Part shown: piece by piece, positions 1 through 10,232 of the stretch
How positions within the stretch are numbered: the first letter of the stretch is position 1
Layout: the number at the start of each line of letters is the position of its first letter
Assembly (NCBI GenBank): GCA_963850965.1
Contig: CAWKMT010000005.1
Location: 96,926 to 160,925 of the forward strand
Direction: 5' to 3'
DNA from: an uncultured Actinomycetota bacterium
GTDB lineage: Bacteria; Actinomycetota; Actinomycetes; Propionibacteriales; Nocardioidaceae
DNA: 64,000 nucleotides
Made by a program: the position numbers and the translations under genes
The notes under the pieces: model-generated
Databases searched by the model: none
Told to the model about the DNA's origin: nothing
Seen by the model: only the letters and a program-made list of their open reading frames with translations

Positions 1-56
1 TGTCGGCATTTCAGGGGCCTGCTGGGACCCCTGACCGCTGTGGGAGGGTGTGCGGC

Positions 57-533
57 GTGAGCCTCACCGAAGCCGTTGTCGCCCTCGTGATCGCCGTGGG
101 GCTGGTCGGCATCCTGGTGCCGATCCTGCCCGGCTCGATCCTCGTGCTCGGCGCCGTACTCGCCTGGTCGCTGGAGATCGGCACCAGCACCGGCTGGCTC
201 GTCTTCGCGGTCGTCACCGTGCTCCTGGCTGTCGGCTCGGTCGTGAAGTACGTCGTCCCGGGGCGCCGACTCCAGAGCGCAGGGATCCCCGGCTCGACCC
301 AGTGGGCCGGGGCTGCGGGCGCGCTCGTGGGCTTCTTCGTGGTCCCGGTGCTCGGGCTCTTCCTCGGCTTCGTGGTCGGCATCTACCTGGCCGAGCGGCG
401 CCGGGTCGGAGCCGCGGCGGCCGGCCCCTCGACACGGTCGGCGCTACGTGCGGTCGGGCTGAGCATCCTGATCGAGCTCACCGCCGCACTGCTGGCGACG
501 ACCACCTGGGTCGTCGGCGTCGTGGTCACCTGA
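57..533 (+). CDS. DUF456-family membrane protein
   Basis: Hydrophobic multi-TM ORF with GILVPILPG and GFFVVPVLGLFLGFVVGIYLAE patterns typical of DUF456; GTG at 57 preferred over 48. Confidence 0.7.
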   Translation: MSLTEAVVALVIAVGLVGILVPILPGSILVLGAVLAWSLEIGTSTGWLVFAVVTVLLAVGSVVKYVVPGRRLQSAGIPGSTQWAGAAGALVGFFVVPVLGLFLGFVVGIYLAERRRVGAAAAGPSTRSALRAVGLSILIELTAALLATTTWVVGVVVT

Positions 534-534
534 C

Positions 535-1371
535 GTGGCCGTCCTGCTGTCACTGCTCGCCGCGGTGTCGTACGGCCTGGCGGACTTCGTCGGTGGTGTC
601 TTCTCCAAGCGCGTCTCCCCCTGGGCCGTCGCGTTCACTGCCCAGATCGGTGGAGCGGCGCTGATCCTCGCCCTGACCGTGCTCGTCCCGGAGTCGCCCA
701 CCCGGGTCGACTTCGCGTGGGGCGTCGTGGCCGGCTTGGGCAACGGGTTCGGCACCGCCTTCCTCTACCGCGGGCTGTCGTCGGGGCGGATGGGGGTCGT
801 GGCCCCCATCTCCGGGGTCGGAGCCGCCCTGGTGCCGGTCCTGGTCGCGCTGCTGACCGGCGAGCGACCCAGTCCCGTGGTGTGGCTGGGCATCGCGGTC
901 GCTTTCCCCGGGATCTGGCTGGTCTCGCGTGAGGCCCCCACCGGCCCGCCCCCGACCACCTCTGGGTCAGGCCTGAAGGACGGGGTCCTGGCCGGGCTCG
1001 GGTTCGGGACCCTCTTCGCTGCTCTCGCCCAGCTGCCGGCCGAGGCCGGCTTCCTGCCCCTGGCGCTCAACCAGGTCGTCGCCGCCGCGGTGATCGTGCT
1101 GGTCGCCACGGCGCTGCGGACCCCCTGGCTGCCCCGCGAGCCACGTGCCCTCGGCGGCCTGATCAGCGGAGCGCTCGGTGCCGTGGCGACCGGTTCGTTC
1201 CTCGTGGCCACCCACCACGGGGCACTCACCGTCACCGCGGTGATCGCCTCGCTGTACCCAGCCTTCACCGTGCTGCTGGCGGCGTCCGTGCTCCGCGAGC
1301 ACATCCATCGCGCCCAGGGTCGGGGGCTGGCCCTGTGCGCCGTGGCCGTCATCCTGGTCGCGGCCGGCTGA
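535..1371 (+). CDS. EamA/DMT family transporter
   Basis: 278 aa, about 10 TM segments in two repeats; YGLADF, GRMGVVAPISG and IASLYP motifs. Confidence 0.85.
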   Translation: MAVLLSLLAAVSYGLADFVGGVFSKRVSPWAVAFTAQIGGAALILALTVLVPESPTRVDFAWGVVAGLGNGFGTAFLYRGLSSGRMGVVAPISGVGAALVPVLVALLTGERPSPVVWLGIAVAFPGIWLVSREAPTGPPPTTSGSGLKDGVLAGLGFGTLFAALAQLPAEAGFLPLALNQVVAAAVIVLVATALRTPWLPREPRALGGLISGALGAVATGSFLVATHHGALTVTAVIASLYPAFTVLLAASVLREHIHRAQGRGLALCAVAVILVAAG

Positions 1372-1436
1372 GAATCGCGGCCCTTGCTTCGGTCCGGCCA
1401 CCGCGCATGGCGCGTCCGAATGGGTACGGTCGAGCC

Positions 1437-1859
1437 ATGACCGACGAGAAGCTTCCCGAGCAGCCCGGTTCGACCCCCGCCGAGCCGGCCAAGCCCGTGG
1501 CTGCCCCGGACCCGAAGTCGCCGGTGAAGCCCGCGTCGAAGGCTGCGGATAAGCCAGTCTCGGACCCGAGCTCGCGCACCGACGGCCCGGACCCGCTGCG
1601 CGGCTCCCGCGCCAGTGGCATCTGGGCCGGCGTCGTGGCCCTGGGCATCGTCCTGGTGCTGCTGATCATCTTCATCTCCCAGAACACCCAGGAGGTGAGC
1701 GTCGCGTTCCTGAGCTGGGAGGGTCAGGCGCCGTTGTCCGTAGCGCTCCTCGCGGCCGCGGCCGGTGGTCTCTTCCTCACCGTGGCTGCCGGTACCGTGC
1801 GGATCCTGCAGCTGCGACACCGCGTCCGCGTGGACAAGAAGCGCGCCAGGAAGAAGTGA
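1437..1859 (+). CDS. LapA/DUF1049-family membrane protein
   Basis: Two TM helices around IFISQNTQEVSVAFLSWEGQAPL; ATG preceded by TACGGT-N6 (leaderless-type -10). Confidence 0.7.
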   Translation: MTDEKLPEQPGSTPAEPAKPVAAPDPKSPVKPASKAADKPVSDPSSRTDGPDPLRGSRASGIWAGVVALGIVLVLLIIFISQNTQEVSVAFLSWEGQAPLSVALLAAAAGGLFLTVAAGTVRILQLRHRVRVDKKRARKK

Positions 1860-1860
1860 G

Positions 1861-2835
1861 TCAGCCGGTCGGCACCGAGAGCGAGAGCGCGAAGTCCCCG
1901 GCCGGATCGGTCCACCAGTGCGTCAGCTCGAGACCGGCTGCGGCGAGCTCGGCGGCGACCTTCTCGCGGCGGAACTTCGAGGAGATCTCGGTGAGGATCT
2001 CCTCGCCGAGGACGAGCTTCACCTCGAGGTCCAGGGCTGCCAGGTGCACCACCTGGTCGGAGAGCGCCCGCAGACGCATCTCGATGCGCTCCTCGACGGG
2101 GTTCCACACCGCCACGTGGGCGTAGGCCGCCGGGTCGAAGTCGGCGCCCAGGCTGCGGTTCAGCACGGTGAGCACGTTCTTGTTGAACGCAGCAGTGACG
2201 CCCTGCGCGTCGTCGTACGCCGCGACGAGACGCTCGGAGGACTTCACCAGGTCGGTGCCGAGCAGGAACGAGTCGCCCTGCCCCAGCGTCGCGCGGACAT
2301 CGGTCAGGAACGACGAACGCTGCTCGGGGTCGAGGTTGCCGATCGTCGAGCCGAGGAAGGCCAGCAACCGGCGAGGGCCGCCGGGCAGCTCGGACAGGTG
2401 GTTCTCGAAGTCACCGACGACCGGCGACACCTCGATCCCGGGGAACTCCCCCGCGATCGCCGTGCTCGCCTCGCCCAGCACCGCCGGGTCGACATCGAAG
2501 GGGACGAAGCGCTCGAGGGTCCCCGCCTCGGTCAGGGCCCGGAGAAGCAGGCGGGTCTTCTCCGACGTGCCGCTGCCGAGCTCGATGAGGGTCCGCGCGC
2601 CGGTCGCCGCACCGATCTCGTGGGCCCGGTCCTCGAGGATCTGCCGCTCGGTGCGCGTGGGGTAGTACTCCGGGAGCCGAGTGATCTGGTCGAAGAGATC
2701 GCTGCCCACGGCGTCGTAGAAGTACTTGGGCGGCAACGTCTTCGGGTCGGCGCCGAGCCCGGCCCGGACCTCGAGCGCCATCTGGGCGGTCAGGGCTCCC
2801 GGGTCGAGGTGCACGGCCATCTCGGCGTCGGACAT
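1861..2835 (-). CDS. egtD: L-histidine N-alpha-trimethyltransferase EgtD
   Basis: [26 protein letters not shown] motif, [15 protein letters not shown]; last gene of egt operon; TGATG coupling. Confidence 0.95.
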   Translation of the reverse strand: MSDAEMAVHLDPGALTAQMALEVRAGLGADPKTLPPKYFYDAVGSDLFDQITRLPEYYPTRTERQILEDRAHEIGAATGARTLIELGSGTSEKTRLLLRALTEAGTLERFVPFDVDPAVLGEASTAIAGEFPGIEVSPVVGDFENHLSELPGGPRRLLAFLGSTIGNLDPEQRSSFLTDVRATLGQGDSFLLGTDLVKSSERLVAAYDDAQGVTAAFNKNVLTVLNRSLGADFDPAAYAHVAVWNPVEERIEMRLRALSDQVVHLAALDLEVKLVLGEEILTEISSKFRREKVAAELAAAGLELTHWWTDPAGDFALSLSVPTG

Positions 2836-3527
2836 CAGGTCTCCAGATCGGTCACGGTGATCCCGCTCGGGGTCACCTCGAGCAGGTGTCGGTCGGGGAC
2901 GTCGACCCAGCGCGGGTCGTCGTCCCAGGGCTCGCTGGCCACGACCACGCCGTCCGGCAGCACGAGGTAGCTGGCGAGGTCGCCCCAGGTGAGGGCGATG
3001 ATGCTGGTGCCGTCGGTCAGCAGGAGGTTCAGGGAGGCCGTGGGGTCGAGCGCTGCGACGTCACGCACCGTCTGGGCCACGCGGTCGACGCCCTCGGCGA
3101 AGACGTGAGCGGCCAGGACCGCCGAGTCGCAGACCGACTCGGCGTCGTTGCGCGCCGGCAGCACCGAACGGTCGACGCGACCGTTGTGCGAGAGCAGCCA
3201 GCGTCCGTCGGTGAACGGCGCCGCCGCGCTCTCGTCCATCGGCATCCCGACAGTGGCGGAGCGCACCGCGGCCAGCACGGCACCGGAGCGCAGCACCGGG
3301 GCGACCGAGCCAAAGGAGGCATCGCCCCACAGCGGCTTGGCCGAGCGCCAGCGCACCGGCTCGGGTCGGCCCTCGGCGAAGAAGCCCACCCCCCAACCGT
3401 CGGCGTTCATGATGCCGCGCAGCTGACGTCGGGGGGCGTAGGACTGGGTGAGCAGGCCGTGCGGACGGTCGAGGACCAGGTCCGCGAGCGTGCGGGGCTC
3501 GCCCAGCCACGCCAGATGCCTACACAA
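2835..3527 (-). CDS. egtC: Gamma-glutamyl-hercynylcysteine sulfoxide hydrolase EgtC (Ntn-hydrolase)
   Basis: N-terminal (M)CRHLAW with nucleophile Cys2 (TTG start at 3527), [30 protein letters not shown]. Confidence 0.9.
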   Translation of the reverse strand: MCRHLAWLGEPRTLADLVLDRPHGLLTQSYAPRRQLRGIMNADGWGVGFFAEGRPEPVRWRSAKPLWGDASFGSVAPVLRSGAVLAAVRSATVGMPMDESAAAPFTDGRWLLSHNGRVDRSVLPARNDAESVCDSAVLAAHVFAEGVDRVAQTVRDVAALDPTASLNLLLTDGTSIIALTWGDLASYLVLPDGVVVASEPWDDDPRWVDVPDRHLLEVTPSGITVTDLET

Positions 3528-4785
3528 CGTCCCACGCCAATCGCAGGCCGCAGAAGATCTGGCGGCGGATCGGGAGGTCCCAGTTGCGGAAGGAGGGTCG
3601 GATCGAGGCTCCCCCGACTGCCCACGAACCGCCCCTGAGCACGCGGTAGTCACCGCCGAAGAACGGCGCGCTGTAGTCGGCGTACAGCATCGGCTCGAAG
3701 CCGGGCCACGGCTCGATCCGCGAGGTGGTCCACTCCCAGACGTCGCCGATCAGCTGCTCGACGCCGTACGCCGAGGCTCCGGCCTCGTAGGCACCGACCG
3801 GCGCCGGTCGCAGGGCGTCGCCCCCGAGGTTCGCGACCGCTGGGGACCAGTCGGTCTCCCCCCAGGGCCAGCGACGGCGCCGCGCCAGGTCGGGATCCCA
3901 GACGCAGGCCTTCTCCCACTCCTGCTCGGTGGGCAGCCGCGCCCCCGCCCAGGCGGCGTAGGCCTGGGCCTCGTGGAAGCAGACGTGTTGCACCGGCTCG
4001 TCCGGCACGATCTCCTCGATCAGCCCGAAGCGTCGGCGTGAGCCATCGGCGGACCAGAAGAGTGGTCGCTCCAGCCCGGCCGCTACCCGGTGCTGCCAGC
4101 CCTCGGTCGACCACCAGTGCGGCTCGTCGTACCCGTCCGCGTCGATGAACTGCTGCCACTCGGCGTTCGTGACCGGGACCCGTCCGATCCGGAACGCCGG
4201 CAGCTCCACGGTGTGCGCGGGGCGTTCGTTGTCGAGCGAGAACGGCTCGTCGGTGGCGTCGACGCCCAAGGTGAAGGGACCGGCGGGGACCAGCACCGCG
4301 TCGTGCGGGACCGGCCGACCGGGGGGCAGCGCGCAGCCCGACCCGAGGAGCGGCTCGCCCGCGCGCAGTTGGTGGGTCGCCAGCATCGTCTCGACGTGCT
4401 GCTGCTCGTGCTGCTCGACCATCACGTAGGGGAACAGCGCCTCCTCGTCAGCACGCTCGAGTCCGTCGAAGACCCGGCCCCGGACGTCGCGGAGGTAACC
4501 GCGCGCCTCGGCGGGCGTGAGCAGCGGTAGTGAGACCCGAGCGGCCCGGGGATGTTCGAAGGCGTCGTACAGCTTCTCGACCTGGGCGGAGAGCACCCCC
4601 TGCGCAGCCGCGTCCCCGCCCCGCAGCAACCAGAGGTCCTCCTGCTGGCCGATGTGGGCGAGGTCCCACACCAGCGGACTCATGAGAGGACTGTGCTGGG
4701 TGGTCAGCTCCGGTTCGTCGAGGTCGGTCAGGTTCAGGGTGCGCTCACGGGCTTGCTCGAGGCCACGGGCGTAGGTCTCACGCAT
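3520..4785 (-). CDS. egtB: Ergothioneine sulfoxide synthase EgtB
   Basis: DinB-like N-terminus with LVWDLAHIG and QHEQQHVE iron motif; FGE-sulfatase domain ([27 protein letters not shown]). Confidence 0.95.
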   Translation of the reverse strand: MRETYARGLEQARERTLNLTDLDEPELTTQHSPLMSPLVWDLAHIGQQEDLWLLRGGDAAAQGVLSAQVEKLYDAFEHPRAARVSLPLLTPAEARGYLRDVRGRVFDGLERADEEALFPYVMVEQHEQQHVETMLATHQLRAGEPLLGSGCALPPGRPVPHDAVLVPAGPFTLGVDATDEPFSLDNERPAHTVELPAFRIGRVPVTNAEWQQFIDADGYDEPHWWSTEGWQHRVAAGLERPLFWSADGSRRRFGLIEEIVPDEPVQHVCFHEAQAYAAWAGARLPTEQEWEKACVWDPDLARRRRWPWGETDWSPAVANLGGDALRPAPVGAYEAGASAYGVEQLIGDVWEWTTSRIEPWPGFEPMLYADYSAPFFGGDYRVLRGGSWAVGGASIRPSFRNWDLPIRRQIFCGLRLAWDVV

Positions 4786-6028
4786 GTGCCTCGACCTCCA
4801 GCAGCCGCAGGGGTCCCTCGGCGTCGGCTCGACGACGCAGCTCGTCGCAGGGGGTCCGGCCGGAGGTGACCAGCTCGGCGTACTCCTCCAGGTCGGCCTT
4901 GAGATCCGGCGCGCAGTGATCGACGGCCACCTGGGCGCAGCCGGTGACGGCACGACGCAGACCGGGGTCGTCGAGACCCCTCCGGGCCGCAGCCTCCCAG
5001 GCGCCGGCGATCGGGGCGCAGAGCTCGGCGGCCAGGTCGGCGGCGGTGGGTACGTCGATCAGCGTCACGGTGAGCGCCGCCAGCGCCGGCCACCAGCGGT
5101 CGGGCAGGGCATCGACGCACCGGATCTCGAGGTACCCGCGCGGGCGCACCGGCGGAAAGAGCGTGGTGAGGTGGTAGTCCAGATCGGCCCTGGTCGCCAC
5201 CCGACCGAGCAGGGACGGGTCGCGGAGCCAGGCCCCGAACGCGATCCGCTCCCGCACCGGCACCAGCCGCCCGGCGCTGCGGACGAGCAGGACGGGGGCG
5301 TGCAGGGCGTAGTCGGCCCAGGCTGCGGTCGGCTCCCCCGCCGAGATCGGGTCGCTGCGTCCGTGGTCGATGCCGTGCCAGGTCTCCTGACGCATGGAGT
5401 GCCACCCCGACGACCGCCCGCCGAGGTAGGGCGACGTGGACGAGGCGACCACCAGCATGGGCACCAGGGCGCGGATCAGCCCCACGCGGTCGGACCAGCC
5501 GGCGGCCGGGCCGGCATCGACGTTGATCTGCAAGGCGGCAGTCGCCGACATCATCGACCGACCGGAACCTCCGTAGCCGAGCGCCTCGAAGTGCTGCTCC
5601 ATCGCGACGTACCTGGCCCCGGGGTTGGTCCGCCGGACCGGGCGCGCGGGGTCGGCACCGAGCGGTGCAGCTGCGAAGCCCTGGGTCGCGAGCCCACGGC
5701 GCAAGGCGTCGCGGTCGGCCCGCAGCGCGGCCACCGCGGCGGTCAGGTCCTCCTGGGGCGGGGTGGAGAGCTCGATCTGTCCCCCGGGCTCGAGGGTGAC
5801 CGAGCTCCCGGACGGCATCCTCGGCAGGGTCGCCACCAGGGACTGCACGGCAGCCCACGTGGGGCGCCGCAGGGGCTCGGCCAGGTCGACCAGATGGAAC
5901 TCGAGCTCCAGCCCGACACGGCGCTCTTCGCCCGCTGCCAGCGCCTGGGCAGCCACGTGGGCGTGGGCCGCACCGTAGGGGTCGGCAACGTCGAGGTCCA
6001 TCGGCTCGGACAGTGCTTCGACAGCCAT
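4778..6028 (-). CDS. egtA: Glutamate--cysteine ligase EgtA (GCS2 family)
   Basis: [41 protein letters not shown]; first gene of egt operon. Confidence 0.9.
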   Translation of the reverse strand: MAVEALSEPMDLDVADPYGAAHAHVAAQALAAGEERRVGLELEFHLVDLAEPLRRPTWAAVQSLVATLPRMPSGSSVTLEPGGQIELSTPPQEDLTAAVAALRADRDALRRGLATQGFAAAPLGADPARPVRRTNPGARYVAMEQHFEALGYGGSGRSMMSATAALQINVDAGPAAGWSDRVGLIRALVPMLVVASSTSPYLGGRSSGWHSMRQETWHGIDHGRSDPISAGEPTAAWADYALHAPVLLVRSAGRLVPVRERIAFGAWLRDPSLLGRVATRADLDYHLTTLFPPVRPRGYLEIRCVDALPDRWWPALAALTVTLIDVPTAADLAAELCAPIAGAWEAAARRGLDDPGLRRAVTGCAQVAVDHCAPDLKADLEEYAELVTSGRTPCDELRRRADAEGPLRLLEVEAHA

Positions 6029-6030
6029 CT

Positions 6031-6089
6031 CCGCCCCCTCCAGGTCCGGACCGGTCGTCTACGACGACCGCGGGTCGGTGCGGGGGCGG
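6031..6089 (-). promoter_or_regulatory. Structured egtA leader that could sequester the RBS
   Basis: On the - strand CCGCCCCC (6089-6082) complements GGGGGCGG (6038-6031) overlapping SD GGAGG; encloses perfect 8-bp hairpin CGGTCGTC-GTA-GACGACCG (6052-6070). Confidence 0.3.
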
Positions 6090-6188
6090 CCCAGGTGGAC
6101 CGTCCTCGTTCTTGCTCTCCCCATCCTTACCGGGTCTGCCGATGGAACCCAAGGGTCGGGCCCGAATATTTCCGTGCTCGAGCTGCGT

Positions 6189-6755
6189 TCAGCCCGAGGC
6201 CAGCCACGTGGTCCAGTTGCGCGGGCCCTCGAGCCAGTCGACGACCGGGTGGGAGCCGTCGTACTCGTCGGTCATCTTGGCGCCCACGCGGACCCGCGGC
6301 ACCTCTCGCAGGCAGTCCCGGGACACCTTGAGCACCAGCCGGTCCTTGGCGAACTGCAGGTCGAGCTCGTGCGGGCAGGTCAGTGGGTCACCGACGGGCT
6401 TCCACTTCTTCATCCGCAGCAGGCTGTAGTCGGTGCCGTTCTGCAGCCCACTCAGGACCCCGAACTCAGGTCCCTTGCGCTGTTTGTTGATGTCGAGGAA
6501 GATCGCGATGCTCGAGGAACCGGCCTCCGACTTCGGCCGCAGGTCGGTGAAGCGCATCTTGACGACGAGATCCTGGGCACGGTGGTTGACGCGCACCTTG
6601 CGGATGTCGGTGAGCGACGCGGTCGCGTCCGCACCGTCGCGGACGACCGTCGACTCGGCACGAGCCGGTCCGGCGATCGCAAGACTGGCGGCGACCACAC
6701 TGGTCGTGAGCAGCGCGGTAAAGCCGCGCCGGCGATCCATGACTCCGAGATTCAT
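6189..6755 (-). CDS. Secreted hypothetical protein, possible Tat signal
   Basis: AAGGAG 8 nt before ATG 6755; DRRRGFT twin-Arg-like motif, hydrophobic stretch, ARA cleavage site. Confidence 0.7.
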   Translation of the reverse strand: MNLGVMDRRRGFTALLTTSVVAASLAIAGPARAESTVVRDGADATASLTDIRKVRVNHRAQDLVVKMRFTDLRPKSEAGSSSIAIFLDINKQRKGPEFGVLSGLQNGTDYSLLRMKKWKPVGDPLTCPHELDLQFAKDRLVLKVSRDCLREVPRVRVGAKMTDEYDGSHPVVDWLEGPRNWTTWLASG

Positions 6756-6835
6756 GTTGTGCACTCCTTGTTCGTGGCGGGGTACCTGGTTCGAGCCTAC
6801 GAAACCTCGGCCCGGTGTACGACCCCTTGACGCAC

Positions 6836-6866
6836 GAACGCCGCCCGGCTGAGCCGGGCGGCGTTC
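6836..6866. terminator. Hairpin terminator downstream of hrdB
   Basis: Perfect inverted repeat GAACGCCGCCCGGC-TGA-GCCGGGCGGCGTTC about 20 nt after the hrdB stop. Confidence 0.75.
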
Positions 6867-6887
6867 AAGAAGCTGTGCGGGTGTTGC

Positions 6888-8512
6888 TCAGTCCAGATAG
6901 TCGCGCAGGACCTGCGAGCGCGACGGGTGGCGCAGCTTCGACATCGTCTTCGACTCGATCTGGCGGATCCGCTCGCGGGTCACGCCGTAGACCTTGCCGA
7001 TCTCGTCGAGCGTCTTGGGCTGGCCGTCGGTCAGACCGAAGCGCATCGAGACCACGCCGGCCTCACGCTCGGAGAGCGTGTCGAGAACGGCGTGCAACTG
7101 CTCCTGGAGCAACGTGAACGACACGGCATCGGCCGGCACGATCGCCTCGGAGTCCTCGATGAGGTCACCGAACTCGGAGTCGCCGTCCTCGCCGAGGGGG
7201 GTGTGCAGCGAGATGGGCTCGCGGCCGTACTTCTGGACCTCGATGACCTTCTCGGGGGTCATGTCGAGCTCCTTGGCGAGCTCCTCCGGGGTCGGCTCGC
7301 GGCCGAGGTCCTGGAGCATCTGACGCTGGACGCGGGCCAGCTTGTTGATGACCTCGACCATGTGCACCGGGATCCGGATGGTGCGGGCCTGGTCGGCCAT
7401 CGCGCGGGTGATCGCCTGACGGATCCACCACGTGGCGTACGTCGAGAACTTGTAGCCCTTGGTGTAGTCGAACTTCTCGACCGCGCGGATCAGACCGAGG
7501 TTGCCCTCCTGGATGAGGTCCAGGAAGAGCATGCCGCGACCGGTGTAGCGCTTGGCCAGCGAGACGACGAGTCGCAGGTTGGCCTCGAGGAGGTGGTTCT
7601 TGGCACGACGGCCGTCCTCGGCGATCCACTCGAGCTCTTCGTGGATCTTGGCCGAGATCTTGCCGCCCTTGGCGAGCTTCTCGTCGGAGAAGAGACCGGC
7701 CTCGATCCGCTTGGCGAGCTCGACCTCCATCTCGGCGTTGAGGAGCGGCACCTTGCCGATCTGCTTGAGGTAGTCCTTGACCGGGTCGGCGGTCGCGCCG
7801 GCGACCATGACCTGCTGCTCGGGCTCGTCCTTGTCGTCGGCGTCGGAGACCACGAAGGCGGCCTTCTTCTCGTCCTCGACGATGGTCGGGTCGGCCTTGA
7901 CGTCCTTCTCGAACTGGGCGTCGGGGATGTCCGGCAGGAGCTTCTTGCCATCCGGTCCGAGCACGACAGGCGCCTCGGCGGCAGCCTCGGCGGCCTTGGT
8001 CGCGGCACTCTTGCGCGTGGTCGCCTTCTTGGCGGGGGCAGCCTTGGTGGCGGCAGCCTTGGCGGGCGCAGCCTTGGCGGGCGCAGCCTTCTTGGCGGGC
8101 GCGCCTTCGCGGCGGTCGCCTTCGCAGCGGTCGCCTTCGCAGGGGTCGCCTTGGCAGCGGTCGCCTTGGCAGGAGTCGCCTTCGCCGCAGACTTGGTGGT
8201 CGTGACCGGCGCAGCCTTCTTGGCCGGAGCCTTCTTGGCGGCAGTCTTGGCGGTCGTGGTCTTGCGCGGCGCGGCAGCGGCAGCAGCACGGCTGCTCGTG
8301 GGGCTCACGTGGACCGAGATGCCGAGACCGCTGAGGTGACCGAGCAATGCCTTGAGGTGGCGAGGCTCGACCTGGGCGTCCTCACTGGCCTGGCGGACGT
8401 CTTCGGGCGAGACACTGCCCGTGGGGGTGCCTCGCTCGATCAGAGCGGTTACGGATGGGTGCGACAGCACCTCGGAAGGGAGCAACTTGCGTGCGTTCGA
8501 GGACACGAACAC
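6888..8512 (-). CDS. hrdB: Principal RNA polymerase sigma factor (HrdB/SigA), with a 1-nt frameshift near 8102
   Basis: C-terminal ORF 6888-7964 closely resembles Streptomyces HrdB regions 1.2-4.2 ([46 protein letters not shown]); N-terminal ORF from GTG 8512 (SD GAGAG) gives region 1.1 and an Ala/Lys linker; frames join if one base is restored at about 8102. Confidence 0.95.
8038..8185. repeat. Two adjacent 15-bp tandem arrays encoding [10 protein letters not shown] repeats of the HrdB linker
   Basis: About 5 copies of GTCGCCTT(C/G)GC(A/G)G(C/G)(G/A) and about 3 of GCAGCCTTGGCGGGC on the + strand. Confidence 0.8.
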
Positions 8513-8649
8513 CTCTCGTCAACTGACATGGGGGCGCGGCAAGGCCCGGTAACGTCAAGAGCCGCATGGGTATTCTGCCACGCCCACGGTGGCCACCGGA
8601 CATTCCCCCCGGTTCCCGCGGGTCTGGGTGCCCACCCGGATCGAGACGA

Positions 8650-9222
8650 TCAGGCCGACGCGGCCGTCTTGGCAGCGGCCTTCTGCTGCTTCTTGTGATC
8701 GCGCACCTTCTGCAGGGACTCCGGGTCCACCACATCGGCAACCGATCGGTGGCCGTCCTCGGCGTAGGCACCGACCGCGGCCTCCCACCCGGGCGGTCGT
8801 ACGCCGAGCTGCTTGGCCAGGAGGGCGACGAAGATCTGAGCCTTCTGCTTGCCGAAGCCGGGCAGCTCCATGACGCGCGCGAGCAGTTCCTTCCCGGTCT
8901 CGGCCTCGGTCCACAGTCGCTCGGTGCGGCCGTCGTACTTCTCCTCGACGAGGGCCGCCAGCGCCTGGAGCCGGGCGGCCATCGAGCCCGGGAAACGGTG
9001 GATCGCCGGGGTCGTGGCGCACAGGGCCGCGAACTCCTCGGGGTCGGCCGCTGCGATACGAGCAGGGTCGAGGGTCCCGAACCGCTCCAGCACCTTCGCG
9101 GGTCCGCGGAACGCGTGCTCCATGGGGTACTGCTGGTCGAGCATCATGCCCGCGAGCAGCGCGAACGACGACTGGTCGAGGACAGCGTCTGCCTCGTCGA
9201 GACCGGTGATGTGGAAGCCCAT
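8650..9222 (-). CDS. HhH-GPD-type base-excision DNA repair protein
   Basis: GMMLDQQYPMEHAF, PAIHRFPGSMA, ELPGFGKQKAQIFVALL (HhH); CAGGAT-N6-ATG. Confidence 0.85.
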   Translation of the reverse strand: MGFHITGLDEADAVLDQSSFALLAGMMLDQQYPMEHAFRGPAKVLERFGTLDPARIAAADPEEFAALCATTPAIHRFPGSMAARLQALAALVEEKYDGRTERLWTEAETGKELLARVMELPGFGKQKAQIFVALLAKQLGVRPPGWEAAVGAYAEDGHRSVADVVDPESLQKVRDHKKQQKAAAKTAASA

Positions 9223-9270
9223 GGGAACATCCTGCCACCGGCTCCCGGCCGGGTCGGCCCCCACCGAGGG

Positions 9271-9672
9271 TCAGTCGGCCTTGACCGCCAGCACCGCGCA
9301 GCGTGCATCGAGAAGGATCCGCTGGGCGTTGCTGCCCAGGATCAGCTTGCCGACCGGCGAGCGCCGGCGCAGGCCGATGACGATCAGCTCGGCAGCGTTC
9401 GCCTCGGCGATGCTGATCAGGTCCTCGGCGGGCTCGAAACCACGCACCAGCTGGCGCAGGTCGTACTTCACGCCCTCCTTGTCGAGACGCGAGCGCACGG
9501 CGTTCATGTCGGCCTCGGCCCGCTTGGAGGCGTCCGCGTCGAAGTCCTGACCCCCTCGGTGGGAGTTCACCACGACGAGCTTGATGTCTCGCAGCTTCGA
9601 CTCCGCGATCGCCCTGGTCAGAGCTGCCTCACCCTCCGGCTTGGCTACGTACCCCACCACCACGGTGCCCAT
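9271..9672 (-). CDS. Universal stress protein (UspA family)
   Basis: TVVVGY, ELIVIGLRRRSPVGKLILGSNAQRILLDARCAVLAVK. Confidence 0.9.
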   Translation of the reverse strand: MGTVVVGYVAKPEGEAALTRAIAESKLRDIKLVVVNSHRGGQDFDADASKRAEADMNAVRSRLDKEGVKYDLRQLVRGFEPAEDLISIAEANAAELIVIGLRRRSPVGKLILGSNAQRILLDARCAVLAVKAD

Positions 9673-9805
9673 CGGATCTCCTGTCCTCGCACTCACGGAC
9701 CTGACGGCCCACCGGCACGCTACCGAATCCCTGCCCGCATGGGCAGCCTGTGGAGAAGCGAGTCGCCGAGGCCCGCGCGTCCGGCAGGCTGATCGTGGAG
9801 GTCTC

Positions 9806-10228
9806 GTGGCGGTCAGCGACACAACAATCGGCCCGGATCTGCCCGCCCAGCTGCGGCGAGCGGTCCTGGAGCACATCGGCTCGGAGCGACGACGCCACTT
9901 CGCTCCCCTGCTCCACGCCGGCACCCCCGGAGGCGATCAGTCGATCCACGCCCTCAACGCTGCGGAGCCCGGCGACCACTCACTGCGCACCGACATCGTG
10001 GCCGCGCTGCGGCGCAGGGCCGCGCGCGTTGCCCCCGCTCCCTTGTTCTGGCTGACCCGGCCGGGTGCGTTGGACGTCGAGGACCTCGACCTGACCTGGC
10101 TGGCTGCGGTGCGAGCCGCGGGCGCGGAGGCCGGCCTGCCCCTCACCTTCGTGGTGGTCACCCGACGCGGCTGGCACGACCCGGCCACGGGCGAAGGCCG
10201 CACCTGGGCCCGTCTGCGCCAGCGGTGA
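9806..10228 (+). CDS. Hypothetical protein
   Basis: GC3-biased ORF filling the gap between USP and GCS2; WLTRPG and VVVTRRGWHDP motifs; start uncertain. Confidence 0.6.
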   Translation: MAVSDTTIGPDLPAQLRRAVLEHIGSERRRHFAPLLHAGTPGGDQSIHALNAAEPGDHSLRTDIVAALRRRAARVAPAPLFWLTRPGALDVEDLDLTWLAAVRAAGAEAGLPLTFVVVTRRGWHDPATGEGRTWARLRQR

Positions 10229-10232
10229 GGGC

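Noticed and set aside
3520-4785. Selenoneine (SenA) or ovothiol synthase
   Set aside because: Context is egtA/C/D with no senB/senC and no methyltransferase fusion
8585-8610. GGAATGTCCGGTGG upstream of hrdB (and GGAATGTCGC at about 15980) as PafBC sites
   Set aside because: TGTCGG core is imperfect and there is no -10 at the required 10-nt spacing
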